Positions 9,260-17,934 of a stretch of DNA of 52,194 nt are shown here, piece after piece. Within the stretch, counting starts at the first letter, position 1, and the number at the start of each line of letters is the position of its first letter. The position numbers were made by a program, and so were the translations under genes. The notes beneath the pieces were generated by a model. The model saw nothing but the letters and a program-made list of their open reading frames with translations. It did not search any database and had not been told where the DNA came from. Source of the stretch: an uncultured Candidatus Saccharibacteria bacterium (lineage in GTDB: Bacteria > Patescibacteriota > Andersenbacteria > UBA10190). The DNA is taken from assembly GCA_964443125.1 (NCBI GenBank), contig CAYUBL010000005.1:1-52194 (forward strand), in the 5' to 3' direction.

Positions 9260-9538
9260 TTACTTCAGCACTGCCGGTATATCGGTTTCCGGGACCTGAG
9301 ACAACAAAGGCCGGACAGCGTCTCGGCACACTTCTCTTGATGCGGCACCAAAGAGTTTTTCGTATTGGGCTACAAGCCGCTCGAGTACCTCTTTTGTGTC
9401 ACCTTCAATGCTTGCTTCGTGCTTTGCGACATCAATTCGGAGGCCGGTAACCTTCCCTGCCTGCTCCCAGGCAAGTGGCCCAATAATCAAAGCCTGTTCT
9501 TCGATGATTCTTATTACCATTTCATCATAAGTAGCCAT
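9260..9538 (-). CDS. hypothetical small soluble protein
   Basis: 92-aa ORF with ordinary helical composition. I recognise no motif. Confidence 0.45.
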   Translation of the reverse strand: MATYDEMVIRIIEEQALIIGPLAWEQAGKVTGLRIDVAKHEASIEGDTKEVLERLVAQYEKLFGAASREVCRDAVRPLLSQVPETDIPAVLK

Positions 9539-9545
9539 ACGAATA

Positions 9546-10361
9546 CTATGCGCTAGGTTCTTTTAATTGATTAAATCCAAGAACCCCATAGGTAAGCAAG
9601 AATAATCCGAGCGTCAACATTAAATCCCCGAAACTTCCGTTATAGAATGTTCCAGCTGTAGTCGTGAAAGAAAAGATTGAGTCAGCGACAAACATCACGA
9701 ATAAGCCAAATAGTATCGCAACGATATCGAAGATATATCTGCCACCCATATACCTAAACGATAGGCCAGACACAATAGCGGCAATGGCAAATGCCAAGAA
9801 ATCTCCAAGCGGATAGGCAATATCAAGAAAAATTTTCAGAGGAGTCTCGCCTTCTGGCACCAATACCCCACCTCTCGCAACTACCACAAGTACGTAATAT
9901 GAAATAACTGAGATGGCGACTGCCGCAATCACAACCGCAAGCTTTGCATAGTTATTTCGCCAACCGAATTTCGCCCCTGTTGCCCTAGAAAGATATACTG
10001 CGCCTAGTCCATAAAAGAAAATACTCGGAGCAAACCCGAGATCAGCTAAAGATGGATATGGAGCAGGCTCCCCCAAGAAGAAGTTATAATATGACCACAC
10101 CATACTTCCTGCGCCCCATGCAAATAGACCAAGTCCAATAAAGAAAATTGCCTTTCCAATAGCTGTCCTAAAGCCTCCCCATCTCTTTGCGCTCGGCATT
10201 GCAACGACACCACCAATAAGAGGCACAAGGCTAAACAAAAATGAATAGAGAAAGTTGTATACGCTAGTTGTCTGTTGGCTGAAATATAGTACAACCCAAT
10301 ATATAACCAAGAAGATCAGGTACGCGCTAACCAATTTCTGGTAAGAATTGATCATTACCAA
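9546..10361 (-). CDS. polytopic membrane protein, unknown function
   Basis: 271 aa with at least 7 hydrophobic segments. No catalytic motif recognised. Confidence 0.6.
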   Translation of the reverse strand: MVMINSYQKLVSAYLIFLVIYWVVLYFSQQTTSVYNFLYSFLFSLVPLIGGVVAMPSAKRWGGFRTAIGKAIFFIGLGLFAWGAGSMVWSYYNFFLGEPAPYPSLADLGFAPSIFFYGLGAVYLSRATGAKFGWRNNYAKLAVVIAAVAISVISYYVLVVVARGGVLVPEGETPLKIFLDIAYPLGDFLAFAIAAIVSGLSFRYMGGRYIFDIVAILFGLFVMFVADSIFSFTTTAGTFYNGSFGDLMLTLGLFLLTYGVLGFNQLKEPSA

Positions 10362-10434
10362 TAATTGTAAACCCTCTGGACTTTTTATGTCAAGGTGCTA
10401 GAATCTCTAAATATAGCGTATTTTCGCTGAATTA

Positions 10435-11112
10435 ATGATACTTATGCACACCATAAAAACCAGAAAGGATATTGGTTTCCCCGATCGCAGAGAAGATTGG
10501 GCAAAAGCGAGCGCAATTTATGATGAACACACGCTTCGCATAGCCGGCCACCCGGTTATGGAGGACTGGGAAATTAACTATATGGAAAAACTTGCTGAGA
10601 TTTCAGCGGGAAACGGTGGCGTTATTCTTGAGCTTGGTTACGGAATGGGGTTGTCTGCCAAGGCTATTCAATCTCACGACATCAACGCTCACTACGTCAT
10701 CGAATGCCACCCCGAGGTTATCGCCAGGTGCGTAAAAGACTTTCATTATGCCATTGCTACGAATCGTCTCCATATTCTCTCTGGATTCTGGCAAGATGTT
10801 ACTCCGCTTCTACAGGACGAATTATTCGATGGCATCCTATTCGATACCTACCCCATGAGCGAAGAAGAAATCCATTCAAATCATTTCTGGTTTTTCAAGG
10901 AAGCTTATCGCCTCCTCAAGCCAGGTGGAACTTTTACGTACTATTCTGACGAAGCAGAGAAGTTCTCAGACAAGCACTTGGCAAAACTACTATCATCAGG
11001 ATTTAAAGAGGAAAATATTGGATTCGAGTTATGCAAAGTAGATCCACCAAAAGATTGTGAATATTGGCAAGATAACACAATGATCGCGCCAATTATCAAA
11101 AAGGATCGCTAA
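10435..11112 (+). CDS. guanidinoacetate N-methyltransferase (GAMT)-like SAM-dependent methyltransferase
   Basis: 225 aa collinear with remembered animal GAMT: HTLRIAGHPVMEDWEINYM, GGVILELGYGMG, VIECHP, FDGILFDTYPMSEEE, RLLKPGGTFTYY, SGFKEENI, PPKDCEYW. Confidence 0.75.
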   Translation: MILMHTIKTRKDIGFPDRREDWAKASAIYDEHTLRIAGHPVMEDWEINYMEKLAEISAGNGGVILELGYGMGLSAKAIQSHDINAHYVIECHPEVIARCVKDFHYAIATNRLHILSGFWQDVTPLLQDELFDGILFDTYPMSEEEIHSNHFWFFKEAYRLLKPGGTFTYYSDEAEKFSDKHLAKLLSSGFKEENIGFELCKVDPPKDCEYWQDNTMIAPIIKKDR

Positions 11113-12248
11113 TCGGACTGCAGCTGAACAATACGCGGTTTTGGAAAACCATTAAATCGAGTAGTGAGAGGGAACGTGTAGGCCCCAACGTCACTAATTA
11201 AAAGTTTGTCCCCAACCTTAATATCGGCTGGTAGTATTACTTTCGAACTCACTACATCGATATTATCCCCTGTTGGTCCCGTAAGAATATATGCCTTTTG
11301 GGAATTCGAGGCACGTGAGTCGGATAGCATATCTATTTTATATCTTGTCTTGCCTTGAAACTTTGTAGCCTCGAGTAGTGCATTATAAACACCGGCATCT
11401 ATAAATAGCCAATGCCCATTTTCCCTTTTGCTTTTCCCTATTACGGAAGTCACTAGCAGAAAAGCGTCCGCGACGATCCCTCGGCCTGGCTCTGCAATGT
11501 ACTTGATAGGATACGGCAATTTTTTATTAACTACTTCAATGCTTTTTGCAATATTCTGTATATTAGGAAATACATTATCGCCTTGATAGTCGTACGGAAA
11601 TCCGCCGCCCATATTGATAACCTGAATCTTAATGCCATGAGCAAGCAGTTTTTTCATGGCTCGCGCAATGTCACGAATACCATTTGCCCAAGCTTGCGCA
11701 TTTCTCGCTTGAGAACCGACATTAAAGCTAATGCCATAAGGTATTAAGCCTATTTCCCTTGCTTTTACTAAAAGTGAAACCGCATTATCTAAGTTTGTTC
11801 CAAATTTTTCGGACATAGTAAAAATACTGTCGGACTCATCATTCACAAGAGTCCTTACGTATACGCGAGATTTAGGCGCTAATTTCCCAATTCTCAATAG
11901 TTCCTCTTCTGAATCGAAGGCGAAACGATCAACTCCATATTTCACAAATTCTTTTATGTGGCTCTCCGGCTTCACTGACGTCCCGTATACGATTCGAGCT
12001 GGGTCTACTTTGATTTCTCGTAATAGAGCAAGCTCATATTTTGAGGCCACCTCGAAGCTTACCCCTGCTTCATTCAAAGTTTTCAAAACCACTTTTTCCG
12101 AATTTGCCTTCATGGCATAGCAAATCTCTGTTTTTTTGGGAAGACACACCTCGTACTCCTCGAGGTTTTTCAATAACGTATCCTTACTAAAAACAAAGAA
12201 TGGAGTTTGATTGCGAAATTTCTTGAGCTCCTTCTTATCAAAAATCAT
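11109..12248 (-). CDS. fold-type III PLP-dependent decarboxylase (Orn/Arg/DAP decarboxylase family, ODC-like)
   Basis: 379 aa. CYAMKAN (PLP Lys), FEVASKYEL, FAFDSEEEL, GISFNVGSQ, MGGGFP, IAEPGRGIVADAF, GPTGDNID, GAYTFPLTTRFNGF. Its stop overlaps the stop of the convergent methyltransferase gene. Confidence 0.85.
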   Translation of the reverse strand: MIFDKKELKKFRNQTPFFVFSKDTLLKNLEEYEVCLPKKTEICYAMKANSEKVVLKTLNEAGVSFEVASKYELALLREIKVDPARIVYGTSVKPESHIKEFVKYGVDRFAFDSEEELLRIGKLAPKSRVYVRTLVNDESDSIFTMSEKFGTNLDNAVSLLVKAREIGLIPYGISFNVGSQARNAQAWANGIRDIARAMKKLLAHGIKIQVINMGGGFPYDYQGDNVFPNIQNIAKSIEVVNKKLPYPIKYIAEPGRGIVADAFLLVTSVIGKSKRENGHWLFIDAGVYNALLEATKFQGKTRYKIDMLSDSRASNSQKAYILTGPTGDNIDVVSSKVILPADIKVGDKLLISDVGAYTFPLTTRFNGFPKPRIVQLQSD

Positions 12249-12304
12249 AAGTAGCAGATTAATTTTATTCTCCTAAAACAAGCCTCTTGTACTTGTCGTG
12301 AAAT

Positions 12305-13204
12305 CTAGAATAATGACAACAGTATGATTCCACCGACTATTACTAAGCTACCAATCAACTGTATCAACGTTGCTCGCTCTTTTAGAAATAGTCTCCCCAA
12401 CACAATCACAGGCAAGGAGAATGCACTACTCAACATAACTACGATACTAACCTGAGAGGTGGCGCTAAATCCGTATGAGACGAAGCTGAATGCTGCAACG
12501 TCAAAGAGGCCAATGAGGAAGACATATTTCCATAAGCTTTTGTCTGCAAACTCAATTTTTTTATCCGTTGCCTTCGCATAAACAAACAAGGTAATCGAAG
12601 AGAAAATGCGTATCGCTAAAAGAATCGGGATCCAGTTTAAATTACCAATAAACTGATTTAACCCAAGAAGCCATAACGAATACAATCCAACTGCCAAAAG
12701 GATTTCGGGTAGTCCCTTGATGGCATTATCCTTATTCCCTTCACCTTTTCTACTAAATAATGCCCACGCATCGCGCGGATCGCCGTTGATTAACAACACT
12801 CCTATAAAGACAATCAGAATGGCCAACTGCCGATTCATCGGGATTACCTCTCCAAAAACCAACGCAGAGAGTATCGCTACTACAGCTGCATAGGTAGCAA
12901 ATATTGGGCTTAATAGGCTCACCTTCCCCTTACCGAACGCAACATATACGGGAAGGTATGACAATCCGCTCCATACCCCAAGAATCAATAAATAGACCCA
13001 ACTTTCTATGGAAAATCGAGGGACTGGGGCTGAACTAAAGAAAAATAATATGAGCAGCGGGATAGTCCCCATAAACTGCCCCCAGAAGAGTGTCGTGATG
13101 TCCCCTATCTTATCAATTGTCTTTTTTGCAAAAAAGTCCGCAAGACCCCAGCCAAACATTCCTCCTAAGCCTGCTAACACCGCTACAAGTAATTCCTGCT
13201 GCAT
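12305..13204 (-). CDS. EamA/DMT-superfamily permease
   Basis: 299 aa with about 10 TM helices in two similar halves. Co-directional with, and 56 nt upstream of, the decarboxylase gene. Confidence 0.75.
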   Translation of the reverse strand: MQQELLVAVLAGLGGMFGWGLADFFAKKTIDKIGDITTLFWGQFMGTIPLLILFFFSSAPVPRFSIESWVYLLILGVWSGLSYLPVYVAFGKGKVSLLSPIFATYAAVVAILSALVFGEVIPMNRQLAILIVFIGVLLINGDPRDAWALFSRKGEGNKDNAIKGLPEILLAVGLYSLWLLGLNQFIGNLNWIPILLAIRIFSSITLFVYAKATDKKIEFADKSLWKYVFLIGLFDVAAFSFVSYGFSATSQVSIVVMLSSAFSLPVIVLGRLFLKERATLIQLIGSLVIVGGIILLSLF

Positions 13205-13334
13205 AAGAGTTATTATAAAAATAAGTGCTTATTGGAATTAAGAGTACACTACCTTTGTATAAAAGTCAACTTTTAGTTTGCTGACCCAAAATTGTGAAAA
13301 CATTCCAACAAGAAGCGCCCTAGATAGCTAGCTC

Positions 13335-13442
13335 ATCGTTCCCATCGGATTGATCGTATCAATTCGGCAGCCGCTGCGGTGATTCGGCAAAAAACTAATC
13401 GCCCGTTGTTCTCCGCCACGTTCTTAATGGACGTGGTTTTTT
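13335..13442 (+). repeat. copy A of a ~108-nt conserved intergenic element ending in an intrinsic terminator (candidate sRNA or cis-regulatory leader)
   Basis: Shares a 31-nt identical core (CGGCAGCCGCTGCGGTGATTCGGCAAAAAAC, 13365-13395) with copy B. The hairpin CCACGT/ACGTGG plus T6 is at 13415-13442. It lies 83 nt upstream of ORF 13525. Confidence 0.6.
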
Positions 13443-13524
13443 ATTGCTTTTATCACTGCAGGGCGTTATAAGAAAATTGGATCTTTCACAACCGAACCGT
13501 CTCTTTGTATAAGGAACCATTCGC

Positions 13525-14415
13525 ATGCCTCCCGAACGAATCGCATCCTCCAGCATCATGGACCAGCTGTTTGGCGATACCACCCGATTTCGAACTATCT
13601 TGCAAGATGCTATCCGACCACTGATAGAGCACTATGGCGGGACCACAGCACTGCCCGCACATTTCCTTGCCATTCCTGATCGCATTATCTGCATATGCCC
13701 GATGGTACTATGTCATGCCTTTCTTGCCGACTTAAACATACAAGCCCCTATTGATTTGCTGGGGCCACTTGGTCTTTCAATGTATTCGATCTCAACGCAC
13801 GATGACGTGGTTGATGAATCTCCGAAAGATAGAGGAGTTGTCGCGGGGCTTGTATACTCCGGCAATATTGCATCACTGCATGGCATATCGCTTCTTTTCT
13901 TGAATGGCTATGCACGAGTAGCTCAGAAAATTATACAGCTCATGAACCTCAATCATTGCTTTCAGACCGATATTGCATTTTCACTCTGGACTGCGCCATC
14001 GGACGAAGCGACATATTTCGAAGCAATCAGCCATACCGGTTATTGGGCCGCTATTGGTCCCGTAGCAGCTGCCGAGTATGCAGCTCTACAGAACGATGCA
14101 CGCAACGATGATTTTCAACATTTCGCTCAAGAGTTCGGAACACTCTATGGGCGAATGTGTCAAGTGTATGATGACATGCGAGAGATTGATGATGATCGGA
14201 AAAATGGATACTTTTCACTACCTATCAGCATTGCAATGCATCATGGGTACGATCTGGATTCTGCCGCAGATCGAGAACGATCTATTGCAAGACCGCGAGA
14301 AATTGCGGGAGCATGCTTTCAGGACATCTGCAATCTATGCGACACATCATGGCCCTCTCTGTTCAAGCTTGCAAATCAAATGCATCAGGTTGGCCAATCA
14401 ATCACTTATAGCTAA
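13525..14415 (+). CDS. divergent trans-isoprenyl diphosphate synthase-like protein
   Basis: First Asp-rich motif in the typical context SISTHDDVVDESPKDRG. The second acidic cluster is CQVYDDMREIDDDRKNG. About 285-296 aa; the start may be Met at 13558. Confidence 0.55.
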   Translation: MPPERIASSSIMDQLFGDTTRFRTILQDAIRPLIEHYGGTTALPAHFLAIPDRIICICPMVLCHAFLADLNIQAPIDLLGPLGLSMYSISTHDDVVDESPKDRGVVAGLVYSGNIASLHGISLLFLNGYARVAQKIIQLMNLNHCFQTDIAFSLWTAPSDEATYFEAISHTGYWAAIGPVAAAEYAALQNDARNDDFQHFAQEFGTLYGRMCQVYDDMREIDDDRKNGYFSLPISIAMHHGYDLDSAADRERSIARPREIAGACFQDICNLCDTSWPSLFKLANQMHQVGQSITYS

Positions 14416-14456
14416 AGCCTTTGCAGGGATGGTAGCAATACCATTCCTGTTTTCTT

Positions 14457-14939
14457 TTATAATTCAAAACTCGAGCTGTCGAAAAACACACTATTACCCC
14501 TATCCCAAGCCCAATGCGCCATCTCTTTTACCAGAGGGAATGTTTCTATACTTTTCATTACTTGCTTATCGACCCACTGAAACTCCACCGACTCATCATT
14601 TATTGTTGGTTTTTCATCGTGTATATCACAGAGGAAAATAATGAGAAAAGGTTGGACAACCCTATCTTCTATCGATAGCACATATTCGGGAGAACTAAAT
14701 ACGCCAAGAAGCCTCTCTGGCCGTACTTGCAATCCGGTTTCTTCCTTCAGCTCCCTCTTCAAACACGTAACAACGGATTCTCCCAATTCCATTTTTCCGC
14801 CAGGCAATGCCCACAAGGGGCTGTCTTCTCGCTTATGAAGCAATATATGCCCTATAGAATTTTGTATCACTCCATGTACGGACGGCATCCATGGCTGGTT
14901 TGGCATAGGAGCTTGGTTTCCATAATGAACGGTAATCAT
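14457..14939 (-). CDS. NUDIX hydrolase
   Basis: Nudix box GGKMELGESVVTCLKRELKEETGL. Confidence 0.8.
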   Translation of the reverse strand: MITVHYGNQAPMPNQPWMPSVHGVIQNSIGHILLHKREDSPLWALPGGKMELGESVVTCLKRELKEETGLQVRPERLLGVFSSPEYVLSIEDRVVQPFLIIFLCDIHDEKPTINDESVEFQWVDKQVMKSIETFPLVKEMAHWAWDRGNSVFFDSSSFEL

Positions 14940-14963
14940 ATATTAATATGTATAAGTATATAG

Positions 14964-14990
14964 AAAAATGCGCAGGAAATCGCCTGCGCA
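14964..14990 (-). terminator. intrinsic terminator downstream of uppS
   Basis: On the minus strand, TGCGCAGG-cgattt-CCTGCGCA is followed by TTTTT (plus-strand A run 14964-14968). Confidence 0.6.
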
Positions 14991-15005
14991 TCAATGTGCA
15001 AATAG

Positions 15006-15719
15006 CTAAGAGCCAAACCGCCTTGTACGAGAGCGAAATTCCAGAAGAGTTTCTCGAAACATTGCCGACGTGAACTCCGGCCAGAGGCAAGAAGGGAAAA
15101 CAAGTTGAGCATTTTGCATTTCCCACATCATAAACCCCGTAGAAAGGTGAGGATCGCCTCCTGTGCGAATCAGCAAATCCACACTTGGAAGCTCTCTTGT
15201 CACGAGATGCTCCTTTATCAGTGGTGCGGTAATTTTCCTCCGAACCCCTTGCTCAACTTCGCTTGCAATAGCTTGAACTGCGCGCACCATATCCTGCTCC
15301 CCATCATATGCAAGCAGGACGGTAAAGAACAGTCTTGTATGATGTTTTGTTGATTCCACCACTTCTTCAATGACTTCCCGGGTTTCTTTCGACAGTTCTG
15401 AATGCCAATCACCTAAGACTCGAATTGCCACCTCCTCCCCAGTGACTCGAGGATGTATCATTGCCCGACGAAATTGTGCTCGAATAATTCTTTCGATAGA
15501 CGCAATTTCAAATCGATTCCTTTTTTTCAGATTCGCGATCGAGAGCCCCCAACACGTGAGCCATGTAACGCCTAATTCAATTGCCGGATCAAACAACGCC
15601 TCAAGAGTTGCCGCTCCTTGCTCGTGACCTGCGGCTGATAAAAGCCCCTTTTGACTTGCCCATCTTCGATTTCCATCAGGAATGATTGCAATGTGCATAT
15701 TTTCCCTTTCCCTGTTCAT
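15006..15719 (-). CDS. uppS: isoprenyl transferase (undecaprenyl diphosphate synthase family)
   Basis: HIAIIPDGNRRWA and the C-terminal LIRTGG...STGFMMWEMQNAQLVF motifs. ORF track 15006..15773. Met at 15719 or 15698 (the latter has an AGGGAAAGGG RBS) is the more likely start. Confidence 0.9.
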   Translation of the reverse strand: MNRERENMHIAIIPDGNRRWASQKGLLSAAGHEQGAATLEALFDPAIELGVTWLTCWGLSIANLKKRNRFEIASIERIIRAQFRRAMIHPRVTGEEVAIRVLGDWHSELSKETREVIEEVVESTKHHTRLFFTVLLAYDGEQDMVRAVQAIASEVEQGVRRKITAPLIKEHLVTRELPSVDLLIRTGGDPHLSTGFMMWEMQNAQLVFPSCLWPEFTSAMFRETLLEFRSRTRRFGS

Positions 15720-15860
15720 ATTTGTATTGGAAGTGTGCTGATCGTAGTATGCGGCGGATAGCGCTAGGAGCACAAGGGGAGCGAGCTTCTGATACCCCTC
15801 ATTCTGACAGACATGAGCAACGGAATCGCTCCCACGCGAAGCGACATGCTAGGCTGGACG

Positions 15861-15969
15861 ATCGTTGCTGTCAGATTAATAGTATCCATCCGGCAGCCGC
15901 TGCGGTGATTCGGCAAAAAACGTATCGCGCTTTGTTCCCCCGCCGCGTTCTTATGGACGTGGCGTTTTT
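15861..15969 (+). repeat. copy B of the ~108-nt conserved element with terminator
   Basis: The identical 31-nt core is at 15891-15921. The hairpin GCCGCGT/ACGTGGC plus T5 is at 15942-15969. By hand alignment, about 92 of ~110 columns are identical to copy A. It overlaps the last codons of the antisense NUDIX gene. Confidence 0.6.
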
Positions 15970-16382
15970 ATCTGCCGCTTCGGATCGTATATCTTTTCGA
16001 AAAATGTCCTTACGTCACTAAACAGATTGAGGTTAAGCGCATCGTCTTTCGTAAAGAATCCGATCTCAATACATTCATCAGAAGGTGTGAATTCCAGATG
16101 CTCAAGTGTGGTTTCATAGAGAACAAACGCAAACCACCTTCCATCATCAATTGTGTCAGAGTAGAAATACGACGGACAATCGGCAATCCATGACGCCCCC
16201 AAGCCCATTTCTTCTTGAATTTCCCGTACAAGTGCCCGATGAGCCGTTTCACCCCAATCCATTCCCCCGCCGGGAAAGGCCCACTGGCCGTTTTCTTCTT
16301 TCGTCAGCAATATCCGCTTTTGATCGTCAAAAATAAGCGCTTTTACGCTAATGCGATAATAGGTGTTCGGTACTTCGATCAT
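15951..16382 (-). CDS. NUDIX hydrolase
   Basis: Nudix box GGGMDWGETAHRALVREIQEEMGL. 143 aa. Confidence 0.8.
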   Translation of the reverse strand: MIEVPNTYYRISVKALIFDDQKRILLTKEENGQWAFPGGGMDWGETAHRALVREIQEEMGLGASWIADCPSYFYSDTIDDGRWFAFVLYETTLEHLEFTPSDECIEIGFFTKDDALNLNLFSDVRTFFEKIYDPKRQIKTPRP

Positions 16383-16387
16383 GACTT

Positions 16388-17080
16388 TTAAGATATACTA
16401 TAGCTCTCCAGAAATTTCTTTGCAGGAACATCAACCAGTACCGCCGGATTCTTCTCTCCCGTTCTCTCCATGAACTGTTTTACGATATCATACCCGAGTG
16501 AATAGCCCGTCCATTTTTTAATCCCATTGCCTCCATAAAACCAATCATCACGATCATAGTCTTCGGAATCGAGAAGCTTTTTTGCTCGCTCCCATTCTTT
16601 TGCAATCTCTTCCTTTTCTAAATGATGTGCATATGGAACGGCAAGGCCTGGCTGCATAAATTCTTCAAACATCGAGGGAAGCCCCTCTTCAACTAGGCTT
16701 TCGCCTAACGTTTCTCCAAACTTTTGTGTTACATATCGCCGTGCATGATAAAGTTCGTGTGATAGCGCTGATGGAAGCCAAGTTTTAACATTATATTCTA
16801 AGCCTGCTTTGTGATCAGGATCAATAAAAATGTTAATAAGATCAGAATCACCACATCGACCACCAACACCCTGTTCAGGGATTACTCCATACGTATCAGC
16901 AAAAATAAGAATATTGCACTCTTTATGCTGGAGATATTTATTCTGAAGCAAAACAGATTCTTGTACGACATCGAGTACATTAGCTTCATCTAGTCTCCGG
17001 GCATCCTTTGGATGGATGCGATACAGAAGATGCACATAGATATCCGTATCAGTGAGCTTATATGAGAATTGCGTAGACAT
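16388..17080 (-). CDS. putative Zn-dependent peptidase-like protein (HExxH; DUF2268-like)
   Basis: SALSHELYHARRY contains HExxH. ORF track 16388..17116; the Met at 17080 (MSTQFSYKL) is preferred. Confidence 0.5.
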   Translation of the reverse strand: MSTQFSYKLTDTDIYVHLLYRIHPKDARRLDEANVLDVVQESVLLQNKYLQHKECNILIFADTYGVIPEQGVGGRCGDSDLINIFIDPDHKAGLEYNVKTWLPSALSHELYHARRYVTQKFGETLGESLVEEGLPSMFEEFMQPGLAVPYAHHLEKEEIAKEWERAKKLLDSEDYDRDDWFYGGNGIKKWTGYSLGYDIVKQFMERTGEKNPAVLVDVPAKKFLESYSIS

Positions 17081-17162
17081 ATGCTTATCTTGGCATAAGA
17101 TTAACATAAAGAACACTTTCCAATTTGCCGTATCACCGACTTTTCATGCTAGGTTGTATGCA

Positions 17163-17930
17163 ATGAATACTGACGTCTCCCTGTCCCCCGAAATGCTCAC
17201 ATTCCTCTGGACATTTCTTATTGGCGTTCTTGCAAGTATCGTGAGCGGCATGGCTGGAGGCGGAGGCGGGCTTATATCTGCACCCTTTTTCATTCTTATC
17301 GGCCTGCCCCCGCAAATTGCAGTTGCCACTACAAAATTCGGCTCGCTGGGGTTAACACTTGGGTCTATCGCGAAATTTCGGAAAACAACATATGTTCGCA
17401 AAGAGCATGTAATCTATCTTTCCCTTTTAAGCATCATTGCGGCACTTATTGGCTCTAATATCCTGCTGCTTTCCAGTGATGCGATAATAGAAAAGCTGAT
17501 AGGCGTCATGATGCTTCTTGCCCTCCCCTTCCTGTTTGTAAAAGACACCGGCTTAATCCGCTCAAAGCCAAACGTAATGAAAGAAACGATCGGCTATGTT
17601 TCATATTTCATTATTCTTGTATTGCAATCCGCATTTGGAGCAGGCGTAGGCATGATGGTTATGATTATCATGACAAACCTCATGGGCTTTACGGCACTGG
17701 AATCCAATGCAACACGCCGCATCCCCGGATTTTTACTCGCAACAACTTCGCTTCTTGTCTACATATTTAACGGTGTTGTGTATTACGGCTATGGTCTAGC
17801 GATGTTGGCAGGCATGCTCGTAGGAGGATACATTGGCACGCACATTGCAGTGAAAAAAGGTGACAAGTTTGTAAAAATCGTATTTGCGATTGTAGTTGCG
17901 GTACTCGGTATTAAATTTGTGGCTGGGTAG
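17163..17930 (+). CDS. TauE/SafE (TSUP) family anion exporter
   Basis: Polytopic, with GMAGGGGGLISAPFFILIGLPPQIAVATTKF and a second half MLAGMLVGGYIGTHIAVK. ORF track starts at 17052; ATG 17163 (MNTDVS) avoids overlapping the divergent gene. Confidence 0.8.
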   Translation: MNTDVSLSPEMLTFLWTFLIGVLASIVSGMAGGGGGLISAPFFILIGLPPQIAVATTKFGSLGLTLGSIAKFRKTTYVRKEHVIYLSLLSIIAALIGSNILLLSSDAIIEKLIGVMMLLALPFLFVKDTGLIRSKPNVMKETIGYVSYFIILVLQSAFGAGVGMMVMIIMTNLMGFTALESNATRRIPGFLLATTSLLVYIFNGVVYYGYGLAMLAGMLVGGYIGTHIAVKKGDKFVKIVFAIVVAVLGIKFVAG

Positions 17931-17934
17931 TATA

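Noticed and set aside
13384-13400. A preQ1-I-like A-rich tail (GGCAAAAAACUAA) in repeat copy A.
   Set aside because: Copy B reads AAAAAACGUA at the same place. No P1/P2 pseudoknot could be drawn that both copies conserve, and no queuosine-related gene is nearby.
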